The position numbers were made by a program, and so were the translations under genes. The notes below the pieces were generated by a model that did not search any database, had not been told where the DNA came from, and saw only the letters and a program-made list of their open reading frames with translations. Positions 40,219-52,303 of a stretch of DNA of 64,000 nt are shown piece after piece. This stretch comes from Selaginella moellendorffii. Taxonomy: Eukaryota; Plantae; Lycopodiophyta. Each line of letters starts with the position of its first letter. The first letter of the stretch is position 1. Location: positions 732,833-796,832 of the forward strand of contig NW_003314281.1 in assembly GCF_000143415.4 (NCBI RefSeq). The letters are read 5' to 3'.

Positions 40219-41937
40219 ATGCTATCGAGGAATAACCTTGTGGATGTTTGTCATGAGAAAACTGAGAGAAGATCATATGAAGCTTTGCTCAGTCAGTGCA
40301 AGTCGATCACAACAGGCAGGAAACTCCACCAAAGCCTTCTGGAGGCAGGATATCTTTCTCAATCCGATTCATTCTTTGCCAACCTTCTCATACGCATGTA
40401 CGGAAGGTGCAACAGCATCAGCGATGCTAAAAACATCTTCGATTCAATCTCTAAGAGGAGCGTTTTCTCCTGGACTATCATGCTTGCCGCATATGCCCAG
40501 AATGGGCATATCCGCGAGGCGAGAGATATCTTTGACAAAATGCCCTCGACACTCAAGAATGTTGTTTCATGGAACTCAATGATTTCTGCATACTCTCAAG
40601 CTGGGAATTCTAAAGAAGCCTTTTGCATATTCAAGCTCATGGATCAGGAAGGGATTCGACCAAATGAAATTACTCTGATTAGCATTCTGGATGGATTCTC
40701 CAGTTGCAATGCCTTAGAACAAGGCAAGAGTGTTCACAAGAGCATTGATTCCACTTTCATTCTTTGTGACGTTCGAGTGGGAACTGCGCTGGTCGACATG
40801 TATGGAAAATGTGGAGATATTGGAGAGGCCAAGGCTATGTTTGATGCGATGCGGACCAAAAACGAGGTGACATGGAATGCCATGATGGCTGCATATGCCC
40901 AGAACGGGCATTCCAACTTGGCAATCCGGCTGTTCCAGCTCATGAGCGTCGAAGGTGTCAAGCCCGACGACGCTAACTTTGTGAGCGTGTTGGAAGCTTG
41001 TGGTGACGCTGGAGATCTAACGGTTGGTCGACTGATTCACAGTTTTGCTACTCAAAGTGGATACGAATCAAACCTAATGGTGGCAACTTCGCTGCTAAAC
41101 ATGTACAGTAGATCGAGAGAGTTTGATCGGGCAAGAGAGATTTTTGACAGTGCTGAAAGCAAAGACGTTGTTTTGTGGACTGCTCTGCTGGTCGCATATG
41201 TCCAGAGCGGGCATGGCAAGGAAGGTTTTCGAGTTTTCGTTTGCATGGACCTGGAGGGATTTACACTGGACGAGGCTTGTTTCATCAGTGCTCTCGACGC
41301 TTGTGGGAGTGTCCTCGCTGTGAACGAAGGAAAACTCGTTCACGCGAGCTTGCTAAGTGACTATAAATATTATCTTAGCACCAAGATCCAAAATGCGCTG
41401 GTTCACATGTATGGACAGTGTGGTCATCTCAGAGAAGCGAGAAAGATCTTCGAGGACATGAGATCAAGGGATAAAGTGTCGTGGAATGGGATTCTCACGG
41501 CCTATGCCCGCCACGGGCAGATCCACGACACTCTCGACTTGTTCTTGAGAATGAACCTCGAGGGCATACCACCCAATGCAATAACTTTCACAAACGTTCT
41601 CTCTGCTTGCAGCCATGCAGGCAAGCTCTCCAAAGCGATGTTTTTCTTGGCTTCCATGCAAGGCGACCATGGAGTTTGCCTCGAGAAAGACCACTACGCG
41701 TGCGCCGTCGATCTGCTCGGACGGCTGGGACAGCTCCACGAGGCAGAGGCTTTGACGGACGGGATCTCCAGTGGCATTGGATGGATGGCGTACCTGAGCG
41801 CTTGCAAAGCTCACGGGAATGTCGAGGCGGCAGCGAGAGCTGCTGATAGAGTTCTCAAGCTGGATCCAGAGAACTCGGCACCTTACGTCTTGTTCTCGAG
41901 CACCCAGGGAGCTAGTAAAAATCTGGAAAGCTTTTAG
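40219..41937 (+). CDS. PLS-class PPR protein with E-like C-terminus, no DYW
   Basis: 572-aa intronless ORF of P-L-S repeats ending HYACAVDLLGRLG...ACKAHGN...DPENSAPYVL. Confidence 0.93.
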   Translation: MLSRNNLVDVCHEKTERRSYEALLSQCKSITTGRKLHQSLLEAGYLSQSDSFFANLLIRMYGRCNSISDAKNIFDSISKRSVFSWTIMLAAYAQNGHIREARDIFDKMPSTLKNVVSWNSMISAYSQAGNSKEAFCIFKLMDQEGIRPNEITLISILDGFSSCNALEQGKSVHKSIDSTFILCDVRVGTALVDMYGKCGDIGEAKAMFDAMRTKNEVTWNAMMAAYAQNGHSNLAIRLFQLMSVEGVKPDDANFVSVLEACGDAGDLTVGRLIHSFATQSGYESNLMVATSLLNMYSRSREFDRAREIFDSAESKDVVLWTALLVAYVQSGHGKEGFRVFVCMDLEGFTLDEACFISALDACGSVLAVNEGKLVHASLLSDYKYYLSTKIQNALVHMYGQCGHLREARKIFEDMRSRDKVSWNGILTAYARHGQIHDTLDLFLRMNLEGIPPNAITFTNVLSACSHAGKLSKAMFFLASMQGDHGVCLEKDHYACAVDLLGRLGQLHEAEALTDGISSGIGWMAYLSACKAHGNVEAAARAADRVLKLDPENSAPYVLFSSTQGASKNLESF

Positions 41938-41939
41938 AT

Positions 41940-42030
41940 TGAAATACTTTGGTCCTAGCTTAGCAATGACAAACAACCTTAGGAAGAAACAGACGTGCTT
42001 CAGTGCGCCCTTGGGATTTTCCTGCGCCAT
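41940..42030 (-). pseudogene. Internally deleted Dabb gene remnant
   Basis: MAQENPKGALKHV joined almost directly to the 3' end of the gene seen intact at 45270-45661. Confidence 0.75.
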
Positions 42031-42117
42031 AGCTCCCTCTCTACTGGAACCTGGCCTTGGACTCTCTCCTAGAACACTATTTTTCTCCCGTGAAACAAAA
42101 TATAAAAGCTTTTACCG

Positions 42118-42260
42118 GCGAGCAAACCTGCAGTTGAGTCCATGACGACAGTGCCAGAACGGGTTCTCGATGTCACTATCGCTTTCATCGTCCAATAATT
42201 CTTCTTCCTCTTGCGGTCGTCCCAGAGGTTGCAAGTGCACATTTGTATCTTATGCCACAG
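42118..42260 (-). pseudogene. Remnant of the RBR-CCCH last exon
   Basis: Matches 45820-46010 with deletions. Confidence 0.75.
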
Positions 42261-42454
42261 AAGAAAACGCAGAAAAAATCAAGGCAGAAAAAGTTAATTC
42301 CATTAGAATATCCTAGTATACACTAAAAAACTTTAAACAAAAAAACAAATGTATAAAACTTAAATGTAATCATTTTGTCTTCTTCATAAAAGATAACTTA
42401 AATTGGAAGTATAAATTACTTTATTTATTTAATAACCTTAAATACTTAGAATAT

Positions 42455-43355
42455 ATGGATATGAGAAAGATATTACTCTTCTAAGCTGTTACTTTTTCCT
42501 TTTATTAAGTTCATGCTTTGGTATGCAGTTATTTCGAGAAAATCCAAATTCTATATTACCTCGAAAGTTTATTTTAGATCTTATTTTGAAAGAAATAAAA
42601 AGAATACCTGGTAATCAACCATATTATAGAGAGATGGTTTTAGCAAACATTTTAAAAATTAATAATAGACTATTAGAGGTATCTATCAGATGTGGTCATC
42701 TGGATGGTCCATGGTATTCAAATATGATGTGTAATATATTTCCATCTTGGGGTGTAATGCAACCCGGATTAAGTTTGCGTTATAACTTTGAGAGATTATA
42801 TAGATTATTGGCTGCTCAAGACATTAGTAATTATGGTACAGTAGAAATAACACAAGGAAATAAGCTATTCAATTAGTAATGAGGAATTTCAAATCCAAGA
42901 GTACATGTTTAATGTTTCAGAATACTCAAGTTTGGTTTTGTATCAAAATGATGATGGTTATTCTGTTGGCTTTTTAGATCATGCTTGAAAACTGGACCAT
43001 ATCTTTCTGAAATATCAACATTAAAAACCAATAGAATGCTTATATCACCTAATGGTCAATATTATCTTGTTATGCAAGATGATTGTAATCTTGTACTTTA
43101 TAAAGGAATAACTCATACTCCAAACTATGCTATATGGGCAACTAAATCATCTAAGCCAAGAGGATGGTCTTGTTACCTTACATTTCATATGAATGGTAAC
43201 TTGGTTATTTATACATCTATAAATGGAGCATTATGGAATTCAGGTGTGAGATGTAATGGATATTGTTGGCTAACATTAATGATATGTCTTGAAATACAGG
43301 ACAAGTCGCTATAAATGATTATCAAGCTCAAGTTTGCATATGGAGTTCTAAAATG
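42455..43355 (+). pseudogene. AT-rich disrupted gene: signal-peptide-like start, unidentified domain, GNA/bulb-type lectin domain
   Basis: SPNGQYYLVMQDDCNLVLY (QxDxNxVxY), IWAT and HMNGNLVIY...LWNSG at 42985-43300; upstream 117-aa ORF separated by frameshifts and stops. Confidence 0.7.
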
Positions 43356-44544
43356 TAGCAATGATAGGTTTTAGTTTTAATTGTTTTTTTTTTATCTTCA
43401 ATAGTGCCGGTTTGTATTTTCAATTTTACTATATATGAAAATTATATTAGTATCTGATCTAGTAACGAAAAATATATTTCTTTCTTGTGCATCTTAGACC
43501 GTAGATATTTTTAATAATCTAATAGTTATTTTATTAATACTTGGAGACTTTCCCAAGATTGATATAATACTCTTATTATCTACCCTATAAAATATATTTT
43601 TGCCTTTGTACAATATATTCTGGTCATTTTATGAATAATAATATGACAATGAATACTCTAACGATTAGGGAGTGAACCTTAGGCTAACCTCCTCAAACTA
43701 AGTGCAGAAAACCTTTATCAAATTACTTTAAGAGGCCTTAAAGTTGATGTAGGAAGCATAACTTCTAAGCTTCATCATAAAAAAAATCAATCTTCATTTG
43801 TACTCACAAGGGTTGTGAGCTTAACAACTTTCCTATGACTCTAACCAACAATTGACATTTTAGTTATCAGAAGATATTGTGACGATTTCCATCCCACAAT
43901 ATCACAAGGGATGTAATGAATATTATTAAGATATCCAAGTGTCTTATAGGATATTTTCAATCAAACAGATGTGATCTTCCTATATTATATACTTTCTTTA
44001 ATTCTTTTATAATCTAGAACTCCATTTACACGTATTATTTCTTATTTAAAATTAGATGACTAGAAAAGATAATTCTACTGTTTTACTTGCACATTATTCT
44101 CTTTGCTTAAGCAAACCTGTAGCAGGTAGTGAATATACCTAAAATATACTTGACTATTCTAGAATATTCTACCATCTACTGGTTGTTATTCATTTAGATT
44201 ATTTATAATTTATAAACTTTCCTAAACACTTTATTCTAGTATATTCTACCATCTAATAGTTGATTAATATTGTGTTTATAAATTATAAACATGTTTATAA
44301 TTATAAACTTCCATTTAATCAATTAGATTAATAAATAGAAATAACACTAGTATTAAGAAAACCAAGCATTGCAATTCCAATATATATTTGATCATAGATT
44401 TCTGGTGGTAAGAATTCATAATAAACAATGATTTTCTACTTTAGTGATTAATCTTTCATTTGAACTTATTGGCCTTAAACATGTCAAGGAATAGTGTCCA
44501 AGAGGAAAGGAGTATGACGCTTGCACCAGGCATATCCGCTACCT

Positions 44545-45253
44545 CCCAACGACGCTAACTTTGCGAGCATAGTAGAACCCTAATGTAGGCATTTGGCCGA
44601 GGTAAGAATCAGATGAGAATAAAAAAGAAAAAAACCGAAGTTTTGGGGACTGCTTTGTTGGTCGCATATGGAAAGGTTTCGAGTTTTCGTTTGCATGGAT
44701 CTGGAGGGATTTACACTGGACGATGCTTGTTTCGTCAGTGCTCTCGACGCTTGTGGAGTGTCTCCGCTGTGAGCGAAGGAAAACTCGTTCACGCAAGCTT
44801 GCTATAGATCGTGTCTCAGTACCAGGATCCAAAATGCGTTGCTACCAGTGTGGTCGTCTCAGCGAGAAACGAAGACTTCCGATCGGATACAGAGTCGTGG
44901 AATACGGCCTATGCTCACCAAGACTTGTTCTTGAGAATGACCCTCGACGGCATACCAGCGTTCTCTCGGCTTGCAGCCATGCAGGCAAGCTCTCCAGAGC
45001 GATGTTTTTCTTGGCTTCCATGCAAGGCGACCATGGAGTTTGCCTCGAGAAAGACCACTACGCGTGTGCCGTGGGACAGCTCCACGAGGGAGAGGCTCTG
45101 ATGGACATGGATGGCATACCTGAGCGCTTGCAAAGCTCACGGGAATGTCAAGGCGGCGCCGATAGAGGTCTCAAGCTGGATCCAGAGAACTCGGCACCTT
45201 ACGTCTTGTTCTCGAGCACCCAGGGAGCTAGGAAAAACTTGGAAAGCTTTTAG
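44545..45253 (+). pseudogene. Decayed copy of the 3' half of the PPR gene at 40219
   Basis: Same C-terminus (DPENSAPYVLFSSTQGARKNLESF) with many deletions. Confidence 0.9.
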
Positions 45254-45269
45254 ATTCAACAGCTTTGGT

Positions 45270-45661
45270 TCAGCTGCGATGACAAACAACCTTTGGGTGG
45301 AAATCCAAAACGATCACCTTGTCCAGAGCCGGAAGGAGCTTATTTGCGTAGGCCGTGTGCGCGGGATGGACAAGGTACGCATCTCGCCCCTCCGGAGACT
45401 CGAAAGTGGAGGTGAAAACATGAGTGAAATCCTGGTGGAGGTTCTCCACGCTCACATCGGTGCCCCTGTCACAGAAAGAGGTTGGATGAGAAGGAAAAGA
45501 AAGGAAGATACATACCACTCAAAGCCTTTCATCGCTTCAATCGACTGTGGAAGCGCCTCGTAACCAGCAATCAGAGATGCAACCTCTTCTTCCGAGATCT
45601 CGGGCTTGAATCTCGCCAGCAATACGTGCTTCAGTCCGCTCTTGGGATTTTCCTGCGCCAT
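45270..45661 (-). CDS. Stress-responsive A/B barrel (Dabb, HS1-like) protein
   Basis: LKHVLLARFK...MKGFEW|GTDVSVENLHQDFTHVF..TFES...YLVHPAH...DKVIVLDF; two exons. Confidence 0.92.
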
Positions 45662-45795
45662 AGAATGCCTTTCCTCTCCACTAAGCTCCGAGATCTAAAA
45701 ACCTGGCCTTGAGAGTCCCTCCTAAATCTAAAAACCTGGCCTTGACTCGCTCCTAGAACTCTATTCTTCTCCCGGAAAAAAAAAGTATAAAGATT

Positions 45796-47599
45796 CTATC
45801 TCAGCTCGTGATTACCGTGAGCAAACCTGCAGTTGACTCCATGACGACAGTGCCCGTTGGCGAAGTATCTACAGAGCTGCGTCTTGTAGAACGGGTCGCG
45901 AAGATCCATTTCGACGTCACTGCCACTTCCATCGTCCGAGAACTCTTCTTCCTCTCTAATAATGTAGCGGTCGTCCCAGAGGTTGCAGGTGCACATTTGT
46001 ATCTTATTCCGGTACTCCATGCCACAGGTATAACAAAACTCGCAGCCACACCTATAGCACCAGAACACCGAGTATCATTCACAAGAAAAAGAACGAGGCA
46101 GAAAAATCATACCTGCAAGTCATGTGGTAGCACCCTTCCAAGAGCTCAATCATCCGCCTACACTGCTTGCACTGCCTCCAGTTCTGGTTCTCCGCGAGCC
46201 TGTAGAGCTTTGCGTCTGCGGCGTCTTTTAAGTCGAGAGGCAGTCGCTGGTATCCAGCACAAGTCGAGAATGTATGCCAGGGAACTCGGCAGTCGAGGCA
46301 GAAGTATCTGTGGCAAGCTCCACACAACTTCCGGGGCTTGGGGTCGAGGAAAGTCCTTCTATCCATTAAGTCCGAGCAGTTTGGATACGGGCAGTAGACT
46401 CTCTGCGCGTCAGGGATGCGCTCCTCCTCTATCTTCTTCATGAAAACTTTGAGAGCCGCCTCGGACAGCAGCTTCTTGCACTCGCCCTCGGTGAACTTCT
46501 TCGTGCACTCGACTTGCGGGCAAGCCACCGGGAAAGTCCGCCCGGTTGTCACTGTAGCCTCGACGTGCTGCTTCACGCACGATGAGCAAAACTTGTGCGA
46601 ACACTCGGTGAGAGTGTAAATGTCCGCATCCTGGACGTCCTCGAGGCAAATGACGCAGTGAAACATGGACCTGCTGCTGGAAGCCGTGTTTTGCCTCTGG
46701 CTGATCGAGACCGACTTTGCTAGATTGTCTGCTGGCCAGTTCTCTCCGTGGAGCGCAAGGTTGATATCAAACGAGTCGAAACTATCGATGAGCCCGATTG
46801 CCTTGTCATACTCGGCCATCATAGCCTTTGTAGAGACCCTCCAATATCCCTTGATCTAGGAAAGAAAAAGAAACGAAGCGTCTGAATCAGGAAAGTTGGC
46901 GAAAGAAAAGAAGGACCCCAACCTGGTTATTGAGAGGGCGAGAGTCCGTATAAGCAATGATCTTGCGAGCTCCCATGGACTGAGCCGACTTGAGAACGTC
47001 AACGAGAGCATAGTACTGCGCGACGTTCTTCCCGGTGGGAGTTGCGACGTATCTCTTGAGCTGGAGGAGCTCGTTTCCACTGGAATCCATGATCGATCCA
47101 CCAAGAGCGGCACCGACGATCACACCACCCTCGGAAACCGAGTAGCCTTTGAAAAAAACCCGGAAGAACGTCCCCGTGATCCCCGACTGGAAAGGCCGCT
47201 CGTACAAGTCACCGTTCTCCTCCCACTCCCTCTCGTCCATCTCATCGATCTCGCGAGCCATTGTCTCGTCGTGGAGCAGCTGGTCCGCGCTCTCGTTGAG
47301 CGCTTTGAGCAGCTTGGCCGCTTTGCCGCGATCCTCCTCCTGCTTCTGGAGCGCCTCCAGCTCCATCTCCTGGACGCGAATTGCCAGCGCCGCGTCGCCC
47401 TCCACGCCCAGGAGCTTGCTCCTCCATCCAGCTAGAAACGAGAAACCAGTATCACCATCTGCCAAAATCCGGTCGTCTTCTCACCTTTTCCGCGATCATC
47501 CAGCGTGTCAATGCCCATCGATGCCGCCAGCGCCTCGTTCATCTGCATTTGGAAGGCGAGATCGGAGTCGGAGGCGCTGGGCGCCACCGCCATCGCCAT
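45796..47599 (-). CDS. RBR E3 ligase with RNase H-like domain and CCCH finger, copy 2
   Basis: Close paralog of 36221-38029; four exons with GT-AG introns; YKTQLC-x7-C-x5-C-x3-H. Confidence 0.92.
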
Positions 47600-47669
47600 T
47601 CTCTTTTCTAGGGTTCTTCACTGCCAAGTAAGAAAAAAGAAAGAAAGAAAATGTGAAGAGCCCTAACTG

Positions 47670-49111
47670 ATGGGCGATCCTCCCCTATCCAGGCCAGGGC
47701 CACATCAATCCACTGCTCCAGCTCTTCCTGGCGCTGGCGTCCACGATGGGATTCCGCGTCACATTCGTCAGCACCAGGAAGAATCACGGCGCCATTGTGC
47801 TGTCGCCAGAGGATCGCGGCATCGGCATCCACCTCGCCACGATTCCAGATGAGATGTTGCCGGAGCGAAGCAAGCAGGACATCCCGAAATTCATCGCTGC
47901 TACCAGGAGGATGGAGGAGCCGTTCGTGGAGCTGCTGGAGGGGATCGTTGGCCGATCGTCGTCTTGCCTGGTCGCCGGTGAGCTTCATTGTGTCGGATTC
48001 TATCCTCGGATGGGTGGAGGAAGTGGCTAGGAGATTCGCATTCTATCCACTGCCAGTCGCGACGTTTCTATCGGAGCAAGGTATTCCTTTGCTCTTGGCT
48101 GCTGGAAAGATCCCCATCGATCGAGGTAAGCTCACGGCCACAGCAAAGAAAAAATTCCATTCCACCAGTTCTTCGCAAGCTTTCATCCATTGGAAGTTCT
48201 TCGTCTCACTCGAACGTTTTCTTGGCAGACACTGTGAAGAGTGACGATGTTGTCGAGATTCCGGGGCTTCCTCCTTTGCATCCCACCGACTTCCCGACTT
48301 CGTCAAGAGCTCTTTCGATGACACTGGCTATGACCCCGCCATTCTTCGCAACCAGGGGCTCAAAAACGCTGCCTGGATCATCGTCAGCTCCTGCGAGGCT
48401 GGAAGGCAGCGAGATCGCAGCAGCTCGAGAGCAAGGATTCCCTCAGCTGGTTCCAGTAGGTCCTCTACTCCCTGCCGAGTTTTTGGAGGCTGACTATCAA
48501 TCCATCCGACATGGGAATCACAGGAGCTCTCTGGGGAGAAGAGGACGTCTGCATGGAGTGGCTAGACAGGGAACCCCCACGCTCGATCCTCTACGTTTCA
48601 TTTGGGACCATCTCGAGCATCTCGGTGGCGGAACTGGAAAGTCTCCTCGACGGCTTGGAGAGATCCAAGGAGGCGTTCCTGTAGGAAGAATCTCATTGCC
48701 AACATGGCCGAGGAGGTGTGGAATCGCTGCGTCGAGAGAGCCAACAGGCACGGCCTCGTCGTTCGCTGGGCTCCTCAGCTGAAAGCTCTCCGACACCCGT
48801 CGGTCTCAGCGTTCTTGACGCACTGCGGATGGAACTCGACGCTCGAGAGCATCTGTGCGGGCGTCCCAATGATCTGCTGGCCGTGCTTCTTCGAGCAGAG
48901 GTTGAACTGCAAGGACGTTGCGGACGCCTGGAAAGTTGGGATTCGACTCGACGATCGTGGGAGAGATGGAACCAGGGGTGACAAGTTTCCTGCAAGGGTG
49001 GAAGAGGTTGTTCGTGGGATGATCAAGGATGAGCTGGGATTGCGGACAAAGGAGAAAATTTGGGAGCTTAGAGATGGTTGCAAGGAAAGCCTGACGTTTC
49101 CACCAGTGTGA
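47670..49111 (+). pseudogene. UDP-glycosyltransferase pseudogene
   Basis: PYPGQGHINPL N-terminus and PSPG box WAPQ...HCGWNSTLESI..GVPMICWP..EQ, separated by several frameshifts. Confidence 0.88.
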
Positions 49112-49374
49112 CAGTCCAAAGCTCAACTCTTTTATGTTTCTTTGCGATTTCGGATCCATCTCGGGCCCAAGGTATGGATTTGACTTTTCCTTTTCGCGAT
49201 CTTTGGATGAAAAACTTTCGTTGCAGGACGGGTTCGCAGCCACCGGGGATATTAAGAAGTTCGCGCTCACACAGCGTGGAGGCTCTTTACGCTGCCACTT
49301 GGCAGTGAAATCGCGACCGTCCACGTCCTGCTTATTTGTTCTTGCGCGAGCCCTCAGTGGATCACTTTTGCACT

Positions 49375-52137
49375 ATGGAGTCATCGGATGCAGCACCGCG
49401 CTTCGAGATTTGTATCGCGGTTGCGAGCAGCAAGCACAGCCCCGGGTCTGACGACGATGCTGTGGCGAGCTATATCAAGGCGTTGAAGAATACTGGCCTC
49501 GTCGTTGAGATCGAAGAGGGCTTGGATTCGATCAGATTCATCAAGGTAAGTTTGCTTATACGCTTTTGCTTTCGTTTACTTGTGGCTTTTCAGATCGCGG
49601 CACCTATCGAGGTTGTCGGTCGCACAGCGGAGAAGCTCAACATCAAGAAATCGACTTACCTTGGTTTGTTTGCCGATCGAACAAAGGCTAAAACTTTTCT
49701 CACTTTCATTCTTCCTACAGGATTAGAAGTACCATTTGTTTGGGAGAAGCGAGATGCATTTGTGCGACAAGCAATCAGCAACTCGTTGTTTACCTGGACA
49801 GAAAAATACAGTTGCATGGAGTACCTGTTGTATAGTGTGGTATGGCATCGTTTAATGCTTTCTGTTGCGGTTTGACTGGCACTTCTCTCCAGGCTAATGA
49901 GAAAGACCATCCTGTGAAGTTCACGGTGGGTGAATCATCGGAGCTAGAGCTAAAACCGGGAGAGAACATCCTTGCAGTGCTCAAGGCTTCTGAAGTTGTT
50001 AAGGATGTCTTCGTGCTTCACGGTCTGTTTCTAGCATGCAGTTGTTGCCTTTTTTATTATTTTCTTTCATTTTCTTTTCCTCAGATGAAACTACGCGTAA
50101 TGAATTGTTGAAAGGTTGGGCAATGAACTTCAAAGGGCTTACGTCGCAACCTGTAGATGCCATCCACGCGTATTTCGGTGCCAAGGTGATTGGCAATTTT
50201 TGAAAACAAGTGTGTCTTATGATGTTTAGAATTTCAGGTGGCTATATATTTTGCGTTTCTTGGAATGTATACGCAGTGGCTTGTCATTCCGTCTATAGTG
50301 GCGGCTTTCTTTTATTACAAGGAATCAAGGTAATCTCGTTTCCTTTCGCATTGCTGTGTTTCACTTAATTTTTGCTGCAGACCATGGGGAACTGCTCTCC
50401 CTGTAGTCCTTTCTGTAATGACTGTGGTTTGGTCAGTGCTCTTCTTGCAGTTTTGGAAAAGAAAAAACGCAGCACTGCTTACAAGGTTTGTTTGGGAATT
50501 AAACTTGTCTTGGCTTGATAACTCCTGAGCAGGTGGGGAGTTTCTTTAGATCGCAGCGAAGGGCCTGAGGAGGCGGAGAACATAGATTTTGCGGCGGTGA
50601 CAAACGAGGGCGGGATACAGGCAGGAAGAATCCATGAGATGGATATCAACAAGCTGCAGAAGCAGGCATTTCAGAAGAAGGAATGGCTGGAACAGCTGAA
50701 AAGTGCGAGAAATAATGCGATTGTTATTGTGGGAATCATATTCGTTCAACTTCCTTTCGAGCTTGCATACGCACACATGAACAAGATGGCATCATATGAA
50801 GTACTAAGGTGATTCTGCTGGTCTCACTGTCTCTCAAGTTTTCTTGACTTCCATCTTGCAGGTATTTTTTAACGGTGATATATCTCTTAGGAATTCAAGT
50901 GTTTACCAATCTTGGAGGGAAGATTGCAGTGAAGCTTACCAAGACCGAGCACTATGGTAGCAAAGAGGCTGAATCAGATGGACTCATCTATAAGGTAGGG
51001 TGCCATTGTTAAGTTTTTCTTCTTAAAAGCTGTTCTCGTGTACAGGTGTTTGGGATTTATTTCATGCAGTCTTACATCGGCTTGTTTTACCACGCATTGT
51101 TTCATCGAGACTTCATTGTGCTACGGCACTTCCTTGTTCAACGACTGATAATCGCCCAGGTATGGCTGCATGATTTAACAGAAAACGTCGTGAAAGCAAC
51201 ATTTTTTGTGTACAGATAATGAGCAACATTTCTGAAAATGTGGTACCATGGTTCTCGTATTTGTATGCGAAACATAAAGCTACGAAGTAAGTTTGTTTGT
51301 ATCTTAGCATTGCGTTTTAACATTCAAGCAGGCATGACGAGGAACATAAAAAATCGGATGACAAGAAAATACGCTCGCCAGTCGAAGAGGAGTATTTGAA
51401 ACCAGAATATAGTTCCAGTGTTGGAGACGATCTGGAAGATGGACTATTTGACGGTACTATTGAAATCTTACTGCCTTGGTTATATACTCACGACCTTAAT
51501 TCTTTCCAGATTTCCTAGAACTCGCGCTACAGTTCGGCATGGTTACCATGTTTGCTTGCTCGTTTCCCTTGGTCTTCGTTTTTGCTCTCATCGTAAGTCA
51601 TCTCACTCAAAACACACTCTTTTCATCATAGTTAAGCAAACCTCTTTGCTATCAGAACAATTTGGTGGAGATACGCTCGGATGCAATCAAACTCTTGCTG
51701 ATGTTTCGAAGGCCCAGACCACGAGAGGCGGCATCCATTGGAGCGTGGCTCCAAATCTTTCAGGTTTGTGTGACCCGAGAAATCACATCTCACTGCTCTA
51801 TCATATCATATTTGTTGTTGCAGTACATGGGTGTGGTGGCTATCTGTACAAACTGTGCACTGCTGGTGTGCCTATATGACGAAGCTGGCCAGTGGAACGT
51901 AGAACCGGGGATGGCCGCTATACTCGTGATGGAACACCTCTTGTTACTCGCAAAATTTGGTTTCAAGTGCTTTGTTCCTGAGGTGCGTACTTCACTGGTC
52001 ATGGAGCTCTCTCGCTCACATTGTTTTTAATCTTTCAGGAGCCCGCGTGGGTCAAGGCAAAGCGCGCGAGACGATCCCGTCTCCAGGAGAAGTACACATT
52101 GCAAATCCTGAAAGATGGAAAACATAGAGACTTGTAA
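49375..52137 (+). CDS. Anoctamin/TMEM16-like protein (multi-exon)
   Basis: [13 protein letters not shown]|[44 protein letters not shown]...RRP.PR.AASIGAW, MEHLLL. Confidence 0.92.
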
Positions 52138-52303
52138 AGGACGAGCTTTCGTAGGTTTGAAGTGTGAGCAGCTTACTCTTATACAATTTGTCACAGTTTT
52201 GGAGCTCCTGCGAAATGTTGCTACTTCTCTTTTGATCAATTCAATTTGCTCGATTACTGTTCGAAAAGAAACAAACATGAAAAAGCAAGATCGTTTGCAT
52301 GGC

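Noticed and set aside
45270-49111. Dabb (polyketide-cyclase fold) next to a UGT as a biosynthetic cluster
   Set aside because: The UGT is frameshifted, no scaffold enzyme is nearby, and Dabb proteins are ubiquitous.
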